Assembly (NCBI GenBank): GCA_002705205.1
Contig: PAHP01000005.1
Coordinates: forward strand, 3,757 to 67,756
DNA length: 64,000 nucleotides
Origin: Flavobacteriales bacterium
GTDB lineage: Bacteria; Bacteroidota; Bacteroidia; Flavobacteriales; BACL11
Reading direction: 5' to 3'
A program made the translations under genes and the position numbers. This document shows, in pieces, positions 29,838 through 39,461 of this stretch; within the stretch, counting starts at the first letter, position 1; the number at the start of each line of letters is the position of its first letter. Below the pieces are notes generated by a model. The model was given only the letters and a program-made list of their open reading frames with translations. It did not search any database and was not told where the DNA came from.

Positions 29838-32636
29838 TTAAAAATTAAATCTTGCTGATAAATTAACCCTTCTACCTAGTCCAAAAAATACAGAAGCTGA
29901 TTTTGCATCAAAATCCTTTAAATCTAATGCTTGGTAGCCTGCATTATTTTGTGCATCAGAAATATAAATCTCATTAAGAAGATTAAGAATACTAAGCTTA
30001 ACGTCTAATTTATGCTTATCTGATAATTTTATTTTATAGCCACAATGTAAATCTACTAATTGATATGCAGGAATTTTCCAACTTTCTCTGCCTGCATTAT
30101 CCCCGCTTAAAGTCCCTGCATCAAAATCAGAATAATAATCAGAAAAATATGTTCCTCTTAGTTTAATATACGAATTATACGTTGGCTCATATCTAATACT
30201 TAAACCATATTGTGTTTGTGCTGCATCACCAACATGAACACCATTTGCATTATACCTTAATGTATCTAAGTTAGCAAAGCCTTCCTCTGATGGAGAATTA
30301 TTGCTACTATTAAGTATGACAGCTTCTCCCCCAGAAGTCCAAATCCAATCCCCTATAGAAAGCAGCCCTTCAATACTAATTTTTTTATTGTATTTATATG
30401 CCCAATCTAATTCTAACCCTTTATGTCTGGCATCCATTGGAACCACATCTGAATAAGTTATATTATCAATACTTTCTGAAACCACTGCCGGTTTATTTTT
30501 CCAAACAGTAAAATATGTATTTATATTTGCTGAAAATAAAGATGACCTAAAAGAATACCCCCCTTCAATTGCCTTAACTTCTTCATTTTTAATATATTGT
30601 TGTAATGTATTGCTTCTTGTATAAATATTATCAAATCTAGGTGCTTTTGAAATATAACCAGTATTAAAAAATATATTATTATACTCATCTAGATTAATAT
30701 TTGCTCCCATCTTTGCTGTATAGCCTCTTATCCACTTCCAATCAGTTGCAGCATATTTAGCTTCTTTAGAAAGAGAATTATAGACTTTGCCATTATGATG
30801 TATCTCATCATAAGTCAGCTGTTTCTTGCCATCAATTTCAATAATTGATGTCCCTAATGCTTCATAATATGTTGTATCATCAAGAACTAAATCTTTTTTC
30901 TTGAAATAATCTATTCTTTTATAAGCAGAATTAGAAGCAGAAATATTAATAAAGGCACTCAAAATCCCATGACTATACTCAGCTTGAGAAAACACTCCAC
31001 TCCACTTTACAATCCCGTCATAATGATAATCAATAATATCCCCCACTCTTTTAATAGCTGAATTCTGTGTTTTATCTTTATACTGACCAGCCTTATCCAC
31101 ATTAATTGCATAATCTGCACCTAATAGATCATAAATTTCACTATAATGTTCTCCTTTATAATAACGCATATCTATACCTCCTGAGAGAGCTACCTTATCA
31201 TTTGCTTGATAATTCAATGTAGACAATCCTCCATACCAATAATGATTATTTATTGATGATTGCAAATAACTTTCTGTTTTATGTTCCGTGTCCGAATACT
31301 CACTAATTATAGGAGGGAAAAGACCTGATCCAATATTTGCATCATATGCTTCTTGCAAGTCTACTTGTCCATTTTTTTCTCCAAGTCCTGCTCCTCTTGT
31401 ACCCCCACCATTTCCAATAGATGCATATAAAATATTAGAAACATAAAACCTGTCATTCACAGTCCAAAAATCCCTTAAAGAAAATTGAGGCTTATGATAG
31501 TAATTTTGTCTTGTATTTAAAGTCTCTCTATTATGAATGGTGTCACCATTATTATCTAAAGACCATCTATCTAGATATCCCCAATGCTCATTATAACTAA
31601 TCCCCTTATTTGAAATTCTTCCAGTAAAATTTGATGTATCCCCCAGTGAACGAGCAATAGTAGTGTCAAAAGCAGAAATCCTATTTTTATATGTTCGCTG
31701 CCCATGTCTCTGTGGAGCTCCCATTGCTGATATGCTTAAGATATGATTACCTATCTCTTTTTGGATTTTAGCATAATAGAAATATCCTTCACTCCATGTT
31801 TCATCTACAAAACCATTTCCTCTTTTGTAAGAGCCAGCTAAAGTAAACCCCCAACCCTTTTCAAGCCTCCCAGAATTATAGCCTACTGTTGTGCGTAATT
31901 TTCCATAGCTCCCCACAGATTGCTTGATTGTTCCACCAGCTTTATTTCCTGTTCCTTTTGTAAGAATATTCATAGTACCGCCAACAGAAGGAATTGCAAT
32001 TTTAGAAGCTCCTAATCCTCTTTGTACCTGAATATTTGAAGTAACAGCATCCAGTCCAAACCAATTACTCCAATACACCCAGCCATTTTCCATATCATTA
32101 ACTGGAACGCCATCAATCATGACAGCAACGTTTCTTTGATTAAAGCCTCTAATTGTAATTCTTGCATCTCCATCACCACCTCCACTTTGAGTAGCATAAA
32201 CTCCTGGAGTGGAGTTAAGAACCATAGGTATATCTTGAGAAGCTAATTCTTCACTAATCTTTTTCATAGGAATAGTAGAAAATGCAACAGGCGTTTCTCT
32301 ATCTATGGCAATATCAGCAACCACCTGAACTTCATTTAGTAAAACTGTTTCTAAATTGAAATTTAGTACTTGGGGATTTAAACCAACAATAACGGTTTTA
32401 CTAATTTCTTGATACCCTACATAAGAGACTTTTAAAACTCTCTCTCCAGCTTGAATAGTAAAAGAATAATTTCCTTCAAAATCTGTTGCAGTCCCCATTC
32501 CTTTTCCGTAAATAATAGTTGCGCCAATTAAAGCCTCTCCGGTATTTGCATCTGTAATAGATCCGCTGATTTTAGTTTGAGCATAGCTCCCGTATACTAT
32601 AAAAAATACTGCTATTAAAACTATTATTCTCTTCAT
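29838..32636 (-). CDS. TonB-dependent receptor with N-terminal carboxypeptidase-like domain (non-SusC)
   Basis: Signal peptide; plug motifs TPGVY, IRGFNQRNVAVMIDGVP, IQVQRGLGAS..GGTMNI; terminal Phe (ARFNF). Confidence 0.93.
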   Translation of the reverse strand: MKRIIVLIAVFFIVYGSYAQTKISGSITDANTGEALIGATIIYGKGMGTATDFEGNYSFTIQAGERVLKVSYVGYQEISKTVIVGLNPQVLNFNLETVLLNEVQVVADIAIDRETPVAFSTIPMKKISEELASQDIPMVLNSTPGVYATQSGGGDGDARITIRGFNQRNVAVMIDGVPVNDMENGWVYWSNWFGLDAVTSNIQVQRGLGASKIAIPSVGGTMNILTKGTGNKAGGTIKQSVGSYGKLRTTVGYNSGRLEKGWGFTLAGSYKRGNGFVDETWSEGYFYYAKIQKEIGNHILSISAMGAPQRHGQRTYKNRISAFDTTIARSLGDTSNFTGRISNKGISYNEHWGYLDRWSLDNNGDTIHNRETLNTRQNYYHKPQFSLRDFWTVNDRFYVSNILYASIGNGGGTRGAGLGEKNGQVDLQEAYDANIGSGLFPPIISEYSDTEHKTESYLQSSINNHYWYGGLSTLNYQANDKVALSGGIDMRYYKGEHYSEIYDLLGADYAINVDKAGQYKDKTQNSAIKRVGDIIDYHYDGIVKWSGVFSQAEYSHGILSAFINISASNSAYKRIDYFKKKDLVLDDTTYYEALGTSIIEIDGKKQLTYDEIHHNGKVYNSLSKEAKYAATDWKWIRGYTAKMGANINLDEYNNIFFNTGYISKAPRFDNIYTRSNTLQQYIKNEEVKAIEGGYSFRSSLFSANINTYFTVWKNKPAVVSESIDNITYSDVVPMDARHKGLELDWAYKYNKKISIEGLLSIGDWIWTSGGEAVILNSSNNSPSEEGFANLDTLRYNANGVHVGDAAQTQYGLSIRYEPTYNSYIKLRGTYFSDYYSDFDAGTLSGDNAGRESWKIPAYQLVDLHCGYKIKLSDKHKLDVKLSILNLLNEIYISDAQNNAGYQALDLKDFDAKSASVFFGLGRRVNLSARFNF

Positions 32637-32645
32637 AATATTAGT

Positions 32646-32674
32646 AAAAAAATGCTGATGTAAACATCAGCATT
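32646..32674 (-). terminator. Intrinsic terminator between the lamin-tail gene and the TonB-dependent receptor
   Basis: Perfect stem AATGCTGATG-TAAA-CATCAGCATT (32651-32674) followed on the minus strand by a T-tract. Confidence 0.8.
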
Positions 32675-32696
32675 ATAGTATTAATGATCTCTTTAA

Positions 32697-33587
32697 TTAT
32701 TTAACTATTAACTTATCATTAACATGCCTTCCATCAAAGAAATTTATAGTTATAATATATTTTCCTTTTGCAAGATTAGCGGTAATAATTGCATTAGACT
32801 GTGTTGTCAAAACCGTCTCTCCTAACATATTAATAACTTCGATTTTCATAATTTTTTCAGTTGCTCTTACAATAACTGCAGAGTTATGCTGTGCAGGATT
32901 AGGGTATATAACATAAGAAATATTTTTAGCTTCATCTATTGTGGTAGCATTTTGACAATCACACGCATGATTTCCCAAATATAGCCAAGTATTCTCAGGT
33001 AATGAATCCCATTCCAAGCTTGGGTCAAATGCATCAATCCCATTAATATCCCCTTTTAAAACAGTGCTTTTTCTAATTAAGGTGTGATCGTTAGTCCACC
33101 AAGTACCACTAGCATCTGACCAAGCTTCACCAGGGTCTTCGCCTATTCTTCCAAATACATCAACAATTGTAGTTCCACCATTCTTTGTTAAAACTATTGC
33201 ATCATTACCATTCATATGCATTGGTGTGGGGTAAGATCCATTTGGCTCTGCTAAATCTCCTAAAGCAACAAGTATTGGATCACAATAACCAAACTGTGCA
33301 GTAGGATCTGTCTCTCCATTAGTTAACACAAACGCATCACCTGGAGCTAACATTCCACTTAATGTAGTAACACCTCCTCCACTAGAATTTGTTGCGCCAT
33401 TTGAGAATCTTTCAACACGATAATCACTTAAATCGATTGTTGCTGTTGTTGGATTATAAATCTCAATTGCTTTATTTTGACTTGATCCTTCTACATACTC
33501 AGAGAAGAATAAATCGGAACAATCAAAAACCTGAGCATTCAAAGAAGCTGTAGCAATCAGAGCTAATAATAGTAAACTTTTTTTCAT
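32697..33587 (-). CDS. Stand-alone lamin tail domain protein with T9SS type A sorting domain
   Basis: LFFSEYVEGSSQNKAIEIYNPT..IDLSDY, NGNDAIVL..VDVFG..DPG, TLIRK as in ExeM-type LTDs; IYPNP CTD; no catalytic domain recognised. Confidence 0.85.
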   Translation of the reverse strand: MKKSLLLLALIATASLNAQVFDCSDLFFSEYVEGSSQNKAIEIYNPTTATIDLSDYRVERFSNGATNSSGGGVTTLSGMLAPGDAFVLTNGETDPTAQFGYCDPILVALGDLAEPNGSYPTPMHMNGNDAIVLTKNGGTTIVDVFGRIGEDPGEAWSDASGTWWTNDHTLIRKSTVLKGDINGIDAFDPSLEWDSLPENTWLYLGNHACDCQNATTIDEAKNISYVIYPNPAQHNSAVIVRATEKIMKIEVINMLGETVLTTQSNAIITANLAKGKYIITINFFDGRHVNDKLIVK

Positions 33588-33666
33588 ATTTTAATTAATT
33601 ATTATTTATGCCGCTAATCTACAAAAACTATCATAAAATATTTTACAAAATATATTAAATAACTTT

Positions 33667-33674
33667 TATCTTTG
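33667..33674 (+). promoter_or_regulatory. -7 promoter element (TATCTTTG) for acs
   Basis: TAnnTTTG match 21 nt before ATG 33696. Confidence 0.65.
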
Positions 33675-33695
33675 AAGAAAGATAGAACCATAAAT

Positions 33696-35591
33696 ATGGA
33701 AAAGAACATTGCAACATTTGAAGAGTACAAAAAAGAATATGATAAAAGCGTGACTAATCCAGAAGTTTTTTGGGAAGAAAAAGCACGGAATTTTATTTGG
33801 AGAAGGAAATGGGACAATATACTTAGCTGGGATTTCACTAAAGCAGAAATAAAATGGTTTGAAGGAGGCAAGCTTAATATTACTGAAAACTGTTTAGATC
33901 GTCATCTAGAAAAAATAGGGAATCAAACTGCTATAAAATGGATTGCAAATAATCCAAGTGAAAAGAGTAAATCTATTTCTTATAAAGAACTACACTTAGA
34001 AGTTTGTAAGTTTTCGAATGTATTAAAAAATAATGGGGCAAAAAAAGGTGATAGAATTTGCATTTATATGCCAATGGTCCCAGAGCTTGCAATTGCTGTT
34101 TTGGCTTGTGCCAGGATTGGAGCTATTCATTCTGTTGTCTTTGCAGGTTTCTCAGCAAAATCACTTTCTGATCGAATTAATGATGCTAGTTGCACTATTT
34201 TAATCACTGCTGATGGAAGCTTTAGAGGAGAAAAAGTTATTCCACTAAAAAACATTTCTGATGAGGCAATGGACTCTACTCCTTCTGTTAAGAGATGTAT
34301 TGTTTTGGAACGAACAAAAAGCAAAATAAACATGCAAAAGATAAGAGATGTTTGGTGGCATAATGAAATGAAAAAAGCAGATGAAGATTGTTCTATTGAA
34401 ATGATGAATTCAGAAGATCCCCTTTTTATTTTATACACTTCAGGTTCTACAGGTAAACCAAAAGGCATTCAACATTCTATCGCAGGCTATATGATTTATA
34501 CAGAATTTTCATTCAGAAATGTATTTCAATATAGCGAAGGAGATATTTATTGGTGTACTGCTGATATTGGCTGGATTACAGGGCACTCTTATATTCTTTA
34601 CGGGCCGCTTCTATCTGGAGCAACAACAATGATGTTTGAAGGGGTTCCTTCTTATCCAGATAGTGGTAGGTTCTGGAAAATTATTGAAGACAATAACGTC
34701 AATATCTTTTACACTGCACCAACTGCAATTAGAGCATTAGAAGCAAAAGGAATGGAATTTGTAAAGCCTTATGATTTGTCTTCTTTAAAAGTTTTAGGCA
34801 CAGTTGGGGAGCCCATTAATGAAGATGCTTGGCATTGGTACAATAAAGAAATTGGGAATAGAAATGCCCCAATAGTAGATACCTGGTGGCAAACTGAAAC
34901 AGGGGGCATTATGATATCTAACCTTGCAGGTGTAACTCCAGGAAAACCAACATTTGCAACGCTCCCATTACCAGGTATTCAGCCATGCCTAGTAGATGAA
35001 CAAGGGAATGAGATCAAAGGAAATTCAGTTAAAGGAAGGCTATGTATAAAATATCCATGGCCTGCAATGGCACGCAGCATTTATGGCAATCATGAAAGAT
35101 TTAAAAACACTTATTTTAATGCTTTTAAAAATAAATATTTTACAGGAGATGGATGTCTAAGAGATGAAAATGGCATGTATCGAATTACAGGCAGAGTAGA
35201 TGACGTACTAATTGTATCTGGGCATAATTTGGGAACTGCTGAAATCGAGAGCGCTATAGATCAGCATAAAAATGTATGTGAAACTGCAATTGTCGGCTAT
35301 CCTCATCCAATAAAAGGGAATGGGATATATGCATATGTCATTTGCCATAAAAAACCTAAAAATAAGGATGCTTTAAGAATAGAAATAAATGAGCTCCTAA
35401 CAAAAGAAGTTGGCCCTATCGCAAAAGCTGATAAAATTCTGTTTGTAAGCTGCTTGCCTAAAACACGTTCCGGGAAAATAATGAGAAGGATTCTTAGAAA
35501 AATTGCAGAAGGTGAAACGGAAAACCTTGGCGACACAAGTACTCTTTTGGATCCTGCTATAGTAGAAGAAATCAAAAAATTAGTACAATAA
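33696..35591 (+). CDS. acs: Acetyl-CoA synthetase
   Basis: YTSGSTGKPKG, DTWWQTETGG, GRVDD, PKTRSGKIMRR; ATG 33696 preferred to TTG 33672, which overlaps the promoter. Confidence 0.96.
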   Translation: MEKNIATFEEYKKEYDKSVTNPEVFWEEKARNFIWRRKWDNILSWDFTKAEIKWFEGGKLNITENCLDRHLEKIGNQTAIKWIANNPSEKSKSISYKELHLEVCKFSNVLKNNGAKKGDRICIYMPMVPELAIAVLACARIGAIHSVVFAGFSAKSLSDRINDASCTILITADGSFRGEKVIPLKNISDEAMDSTPSVKRCIVLERTKSKINMQKIRDVWWHNEMKKADEDCSIEMMNSEDPLFILYTSGSTGKPKGIQHSIAGYMIYTEFSFRNVFQYSEGDIYWCTADIGWITGHSYILYGPLLSGATTMMFEGVPSYPDSGRFWKIIEDNNVNIFYTAPTAIRALEAKGMEFVKPYDLSSLKVLGTVGEPINEDAWHWYNKEIGNRNAPIVDTWWQTETGGIMISNLAGVTPGKPTFATLPLPGIQPCLVDEQGNEIKGNSVKGRLCIKYPWPAMARSIYGNHERFKNTYFNAFKNKYFTGDGCLRDENGMYRITGRVDDVLIVSGHNLGTAEIESAIDQHKNVCETAIVGYPHPIKGNGIYAYVICHKKPKNKDALRIEINELLTKEVGPIAKADKILFVSCLPKTRSGKIMRRILRKIAEGETENLGDTSTLLDPAIVEEIKKLVQ

Positions 35592-35626
35592 TCATTTTCT
35601 AAATCAGTTTATCTATTTTTGTCCCC

Positions 35627-36358
35627 ATGTCAGATAGTTTAATCATCATCCCAACTTATAATGAAAAAGAAAATATTGAAAAGATAATTCGTCAGATATT
35701 TTCTTTAGAGAAATCTTTTCATATTCTAGTAGTAGATGACGGATCTCCTGATGGGACTTCTATTATTGTTAAGAAATTACAAAATGAATTTTCTGAAAAA
35801 CTTCATATCCAAGAACGAACTCAAAAGTTAGGATTAGGGAGTGCTTATATTCATGGATTTAGATGGGCTTTAAATAGAACTTATCAGTTTATTTTTGAAA
35901 TGGATGCGGATTTCTCACATAACCCTAATGACTTAATTAGGCTTTATGATGCAAATACAACTCAAGGAGGAGATTTGTCAATTGGCTCAAGATATGTAAA
36001 AGGAGTAAATATTGTCAATTGGCCAATGACTAGGCTGCTAATGTCGTTTTTTGCATCCAAATATGTAAAGTTAATTACTGGAATGCCTATTCATGATTCA
36101 ACTGCTGGATTTAAATGCTACAAAAGAGAAGTTCTACAAACTATAAATCTTAACAAGATTCAATTTGTAGGTTATGCTTTCCAAATTGAAATGAAATTTA
36201 AAGCCTGGAAGTATGGATTTAACATTATAGAAGTTCCTGTGATTTTCACTGATAGAACAGAAGGAGCCTCAAAAATGAGTAGTGGGATTTTTATGGAAGC
36301 TGTTCTTGGAGTTATGCAAATGAAACTCAAAAGTATAGTCAGATCCTGGAAAAGATAA
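35627..36358 (+). CDS. Polyprenol monophosphomannose synthase-like GT2
   Basis: IIPTYNE, VDDGSPDGT, GLGSAY, MDADFSH, GYAFQIE. Confidence 0.9.
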   Translation: MSDSLIIIPTYNEKENIEKIIRQIFSLEKSFHILVVDDGSPDGTSIIVKKLQNEFSEKLHIQERTQKLGLGSAYIHGFRWALNRTYQFIFEMDADFSHNPNDLIRLYDANTTQGGDLSIGSRYVKGVNIVNWPMTRLLMSFFASKYVKLITGMPIHDSTAGFKCYKREVLQTINLNKIQFVGYAFQIEMKFKAWKYGFNIIEVPVIFTDRTEGASKMSSGIFMEAVLGVMQMKLKSIVRSWKR

Positions 36359-36360
36359 AT

Positions 36361-37692
36361 ATGCAAATACTTATTAAAAATGCACATATTGTAAATGAAG
36401 GAAGTATCTACAAATCAGATCTTTTAATTGAAAATCAGAAAATAAAGGAAATTGATGTTGAAATAATAATTGATGCAGATAAAATCATTAATGCAGAAGG
36501 CCTATACTTATTGCCTGGAGTAATTGATGATCAAGTTCATTTTAGAGAGCCAGGCCTAACACATAAAGCAAGTATCTATACAGAAAGTAAGGCAGCTGTA
36601 GCTGGAGGGATCACCTCTTTCATGGAAATGCCAAATACTAAACCTCAATCATTAACACAAAAATTATTAGAAGAGAAATATCTAATTGCCTCTGAAACAT
36701 CAATTGCTAATTATTCATTCTTTATGGGGGCTAGTAATGACAATTTAGAAGAGGTATTAAAAACAGATCCTAAAACTGTTGGAGGAATAAAAATTTTTAT
36801 GGGCTCATCTACAGGAAATATGCTGGTGGACAGCAAAGATGTATTAGAAAAAATTTTCTCTCAATCACGAATGTTAATTGCAGTGCATTGTGAAGACGAA
36901 TCAATTATTAAACAAAATATTGAATCAGCTAAAAAAGAATATGGAGAGAATGTGCCTATTTCTGAACATCCAAAAATCAGAAGTGCTGAAGCTTGTTATA
37001 AATCTTCATCTCTAGCTGTAGCATTAGCAAAAAAATATAATACGCGTCTTCATGTTTTTCATCTTTCTACTGCGCAAGAAATAGAACTTTTTGATAATTC
37101 AATACCTCTCCAAGATAAAAAGATTACAGCTGAAGTTTGTATTCATCACCTTTGGTTTGATGATAAAGATTATACAGAAAAAGGAGCTCTTATTAAATGG
37201 AATCCAGCAATAAAAACAAAAAGTGACAAAGAGGCTTTACTACAAGGGTTATTAGATGGAAATATCGATGTAATTGCTACTGATCATGCCCCACATACTT
37301 TTGAAGAGAAGTCAGACACTTACTTTAAATCGCCATCAGGAGGCCCACTTGTACAGCATGCGCTTCCTGCAATACTAGAATTTGTAAAGCAACAGAAAAT
37401 GAGCTTAGAAAAAGTTGTAGAAAAAATGTGCCATAATCCTGCAATTTGTTTTAACGTAGAAAAAAGAGGTTTTATAAGAAAAGGATATTTTGCTGATTTA
37501 GTCCTAATAGACCTAAATAATCCTTGGAAAATTAATAAAGAAAACATTTTATATAAGTGTGGCTGGTCTCCTTTTGAAGGGGAAATATTTAATTCTAAAA
37601 TTACTCATACCTTAGTGAATGGACATATTGCATATAAAAATGGTTCATTTGATGAAAGTAAAAAAGGAATGAGGCTAACCTTTGACAAATAA
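36361..37692 (+). CDS. pyrC: Dihydroorotase
   Basis: DDQVHFREPG, EMPNT, HCED, KWNP, ATDHAPH. Confidence 0.92.
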   Translation: MQILIKNAHIVNEGSIYKSDLLIENQKIKEIDVEIIIDADKIINAEGLYLLPGVIDDQVHFREPGLTHKASIYTESKAAVAGGITSFMEMPNTKPQSLTQKLLEEKYLIASETSIANYSFFMGASNDNLEEVLKTDPKTVGGIKIFMGSSTGNMLVDSKDVLEKIFSQSRMLIAVHCEDESIIKQNIESAKKEYGENVPISEHPKIRSAEACYKSSSLAVALAKKYNTRLHVFHLSTAQEIELFDNSIPLQDKKITAEVCIHHLWFDDKDYTEKGALIKWNPAIKTKSDKEALLQGLLDGNIDVIATDHAPHTFEEKSDTYFKSPSGGPLVQHALPAILEFVKQQKMSLEKVVEKMCHNPAICFNVEKRGFIRKGYFADLVLIDLNNPWKINKENILYKCGWSPFEGEIFNSKITHTLVNGHIAYKNGSFDESKKGMRLTFDK

Positions 37693-37698
37693 AAACAT

Positions 37699-37729
37699 AA
37701 AAAAAGACAACCTAAGTTGTCTTTTTTTT
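37699..37729. terminator. Bidirectional intrinsic terminator
   Basis: AAAAAAAGACAAC-CTAA-GTTGTCTTTTTTTT between convergent pyrC and the small lipoprotein gene. Confidence 0.85.
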
Positions 37730-37747
37730 ATTCTAAATAAGCATTAC

Positions 37748-37957
37748 TTACTCAGCTACTTCTTCAGTAGCTTCAGCTTCTTCAGTAGCTTCAGCTTCTT
37801 CAGCAGCAGCAGTGTCTTCAACTACAGCTTCTTCAACTACAGCTTCTTCAACTACAGCTTCTTCAGTTGCAGCTTCTTCAGTTGCAGTCTCTCCACCTCC
37901 ACAAGCAGTGAAAGCAAACATTGCCCCAGCAACAAATAAATAAATTAATTTCTTCAT
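37748..37957 (-). CDS. Small acidic Glu/Ala-repeat lipoprotein (69 aa)
   Basis: MKK..FTAC lipobox; own TATATTTG promoter (37998-37991) and terminator; EEAVV/EEAEAT repeats. Confidence 0.85.
   Translation of the reverse strand: MKKLIYLFVAGAMFAFTACGGGETATEEAATEEAVVEEAVVEEAVVEDTAAAEEAEATEEAEATEEVAE
37756..37890. repeat. Coding 15-bp and 18-bp tandem repeats
   Basis: CTTCAACTACAG units x3, CTTCAGTTGCAG x2, CTTCTTCAGTAGCTTCAG x2. Confidence 0.85.
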
Positions 37958-38034
37958 GACTTCTATTTTTGTATTGGTTAATAATTCAGGCAAATATACA
38001 TAATTCCCTTATTATTTTACAATATATTTGCTTT

Positions 38035-38376
38035 ATGAAGTTATATTTATCAATACTATTATGTTTATTCTTAGCATGTAAAGAGCAAAAAGAAAATATA
38101 CCTCAAGGAATTCTTCTCAAAAAAAATTTTGGTGTCATATTAAAAGATATCCATTTAGAAGAGGCTAAGTTTGAATTACAAAAAAACAAAGGCATGCAAA
38201 ATACTAAAAATAAGCTTGAACATTCTTATAATCTAATTTACATAAAGCATCAGATATCTGAAGAAATATTTAAAAAAAATCTCAGATTTTACGCTAACAA
38301 TCCAGATAAATTAGAGGAAATATATTCCACTGTTTTAGAACAGTTAACTAATGAGCAATCTAGATTAGGTCAGTAA
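38035..38376 (+). CDS. DUF4296-like lipoprotein
   Basis: MKLYLSILLCLFLAC lipobox; DIHLEEA, KHQIS..F..N..FY..NP..LEEIY pattern. Confidence 0.8.
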   Translation: MKLYLSILLCLFLACKEQKENIPQGILLKKNFGVILKDIHLEEAKFELQKNKGMQNTKNKLEHSYNLIYIKHQISEEIFKKNLRFYANNPDKLEEIYSTVLEQLTNEQSRLGQ

Positions 38377-39364
38377 TAAACCAATCAGAATATTTTTTAA
38401 TTGTACTATTTATTTCTGTAAATTTAAATCCAATTGCTTTTTCAATTTTAGCAGAAGAAAACCTTCTATTTCTCATAGCATTATTAGCTGTTTCTTTTGT
38501 TAATAGCGGCCTTCTTCCTGAAAAAAAAGAAAGAATTGCTTCTACCCTCCAAGCTATTTCTTTAATAAAAGGGGTAACTTTAATAGTTGCTTTTGGCCTT
38601 TTGAAATTTACAGCAATCATATCAAAGCAATCTCGGTATTTTAAATTTGCACCATTTACAATAAATCTCTCATTATTAATGTCAGAAAACAATAGATGGA
38701 GTAATGATTCTGCAACATCATCTACATCAACATAACCTGTACTTCCGCTAGTATAATATTTTAGTCCATTATAGATTTTTTGAAAAATTTGAGAACTTCC
38801 TTTTTGCCAGTCACCGGGGCCTAAAATAACTGACGGATTTACAATCACCGCATCCAACCCCTCAGCTACTGCTCGCCAAACCTCTTGCTCAGCATAATAT
38901 TTACTGATCGCATAATTACTGTCTGACTTACTGGATTTAAAATAACACTCTTCATCTACTATCTTTTCATTAGAATTACTGCCTAAAGTAGCAATAGAAC
39001 TAATATATCCTAATTTCTTAATTTTATGTGATAATGCTACATTAACAATATTTGCAGTTCCCTCAATATTTACTTTTTTTAAAAGGTCAAGATCAGAAGG
39101 TGCAAAAGAAACCAAACCAGCACAATGCAAAATCATGTCACAATCTTTGACCCCAAGCTCCAATGATGGAATGTCATTTATATCTCCAACAACCCAATTT
39201 ATTTGAGCAAATAAATCAGCTGAATTATAGTATGTAAAAATACGTTTACAGACTTCTAAAGATGAAGATGCTCTTTTTAGCGCCTTAAATTCTTTCCCCT
39301 GTTGACATAATTTTAGCAAAATATATGATCCTACCAATCCACTCCCTCCTGTAACAAATATCAT
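38360..39364 (-). CDS. NAD-dependent epimerase/dehydratase family protein
   Basis: VTGGSGLVG, HCAG, NIEGTANI, YAISK, NPSVILG. Confidence 0.9.
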   Translation of the reverse strand: MIFVTGGSGLVGSYILLKLCQQGKEFKALKRASSSLEVCKRIFTYYNSADLFAQINWVVGDINDIPSLELGVKDCDMILHCAGLVSFAPSDLDLLKKVNIEGTANIVNVALSHKIKKLGYISSIATLGSNSNEKIVDEECYFKSSKSDSNYAISKYYAEQEVWRAVAEGLDAVIVNPSVILGPGDWQKGSSQIFQKIYNGLKYYTSGSTGYVDVDDVAESLLHLLFSDINNERFIVNGANLKYRDCFDMIAVNFKRPKATIKVTPFIKEIAWRVEAILSFFSGRRPLLTKETANNAMRNRRFSSAKIEKAIGFKFTEINSTIKKYSDWFITDLI

Positions 39365-39461
39365 AACACAAAGATACATTTAGTTAGTAGTTATCACTTA
39401 TATGCAAACAGCTTTTAGCATATAAATCTAATAATTTTTCTATTTTTGAAAAAAATAAGCA

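Noticed and set aside
26358-32636. TonB receptor as the SusC of the N-glycan operon
   Set aside because: Opposite strand, separated by the nuclease gene, no SusC signature and no SusD partner
37682-37939. Phe/Ser-rich ORF on the plus strand
   Set aside because: It is the antisense reading of the repeat lipoprotein and crosses a terminator
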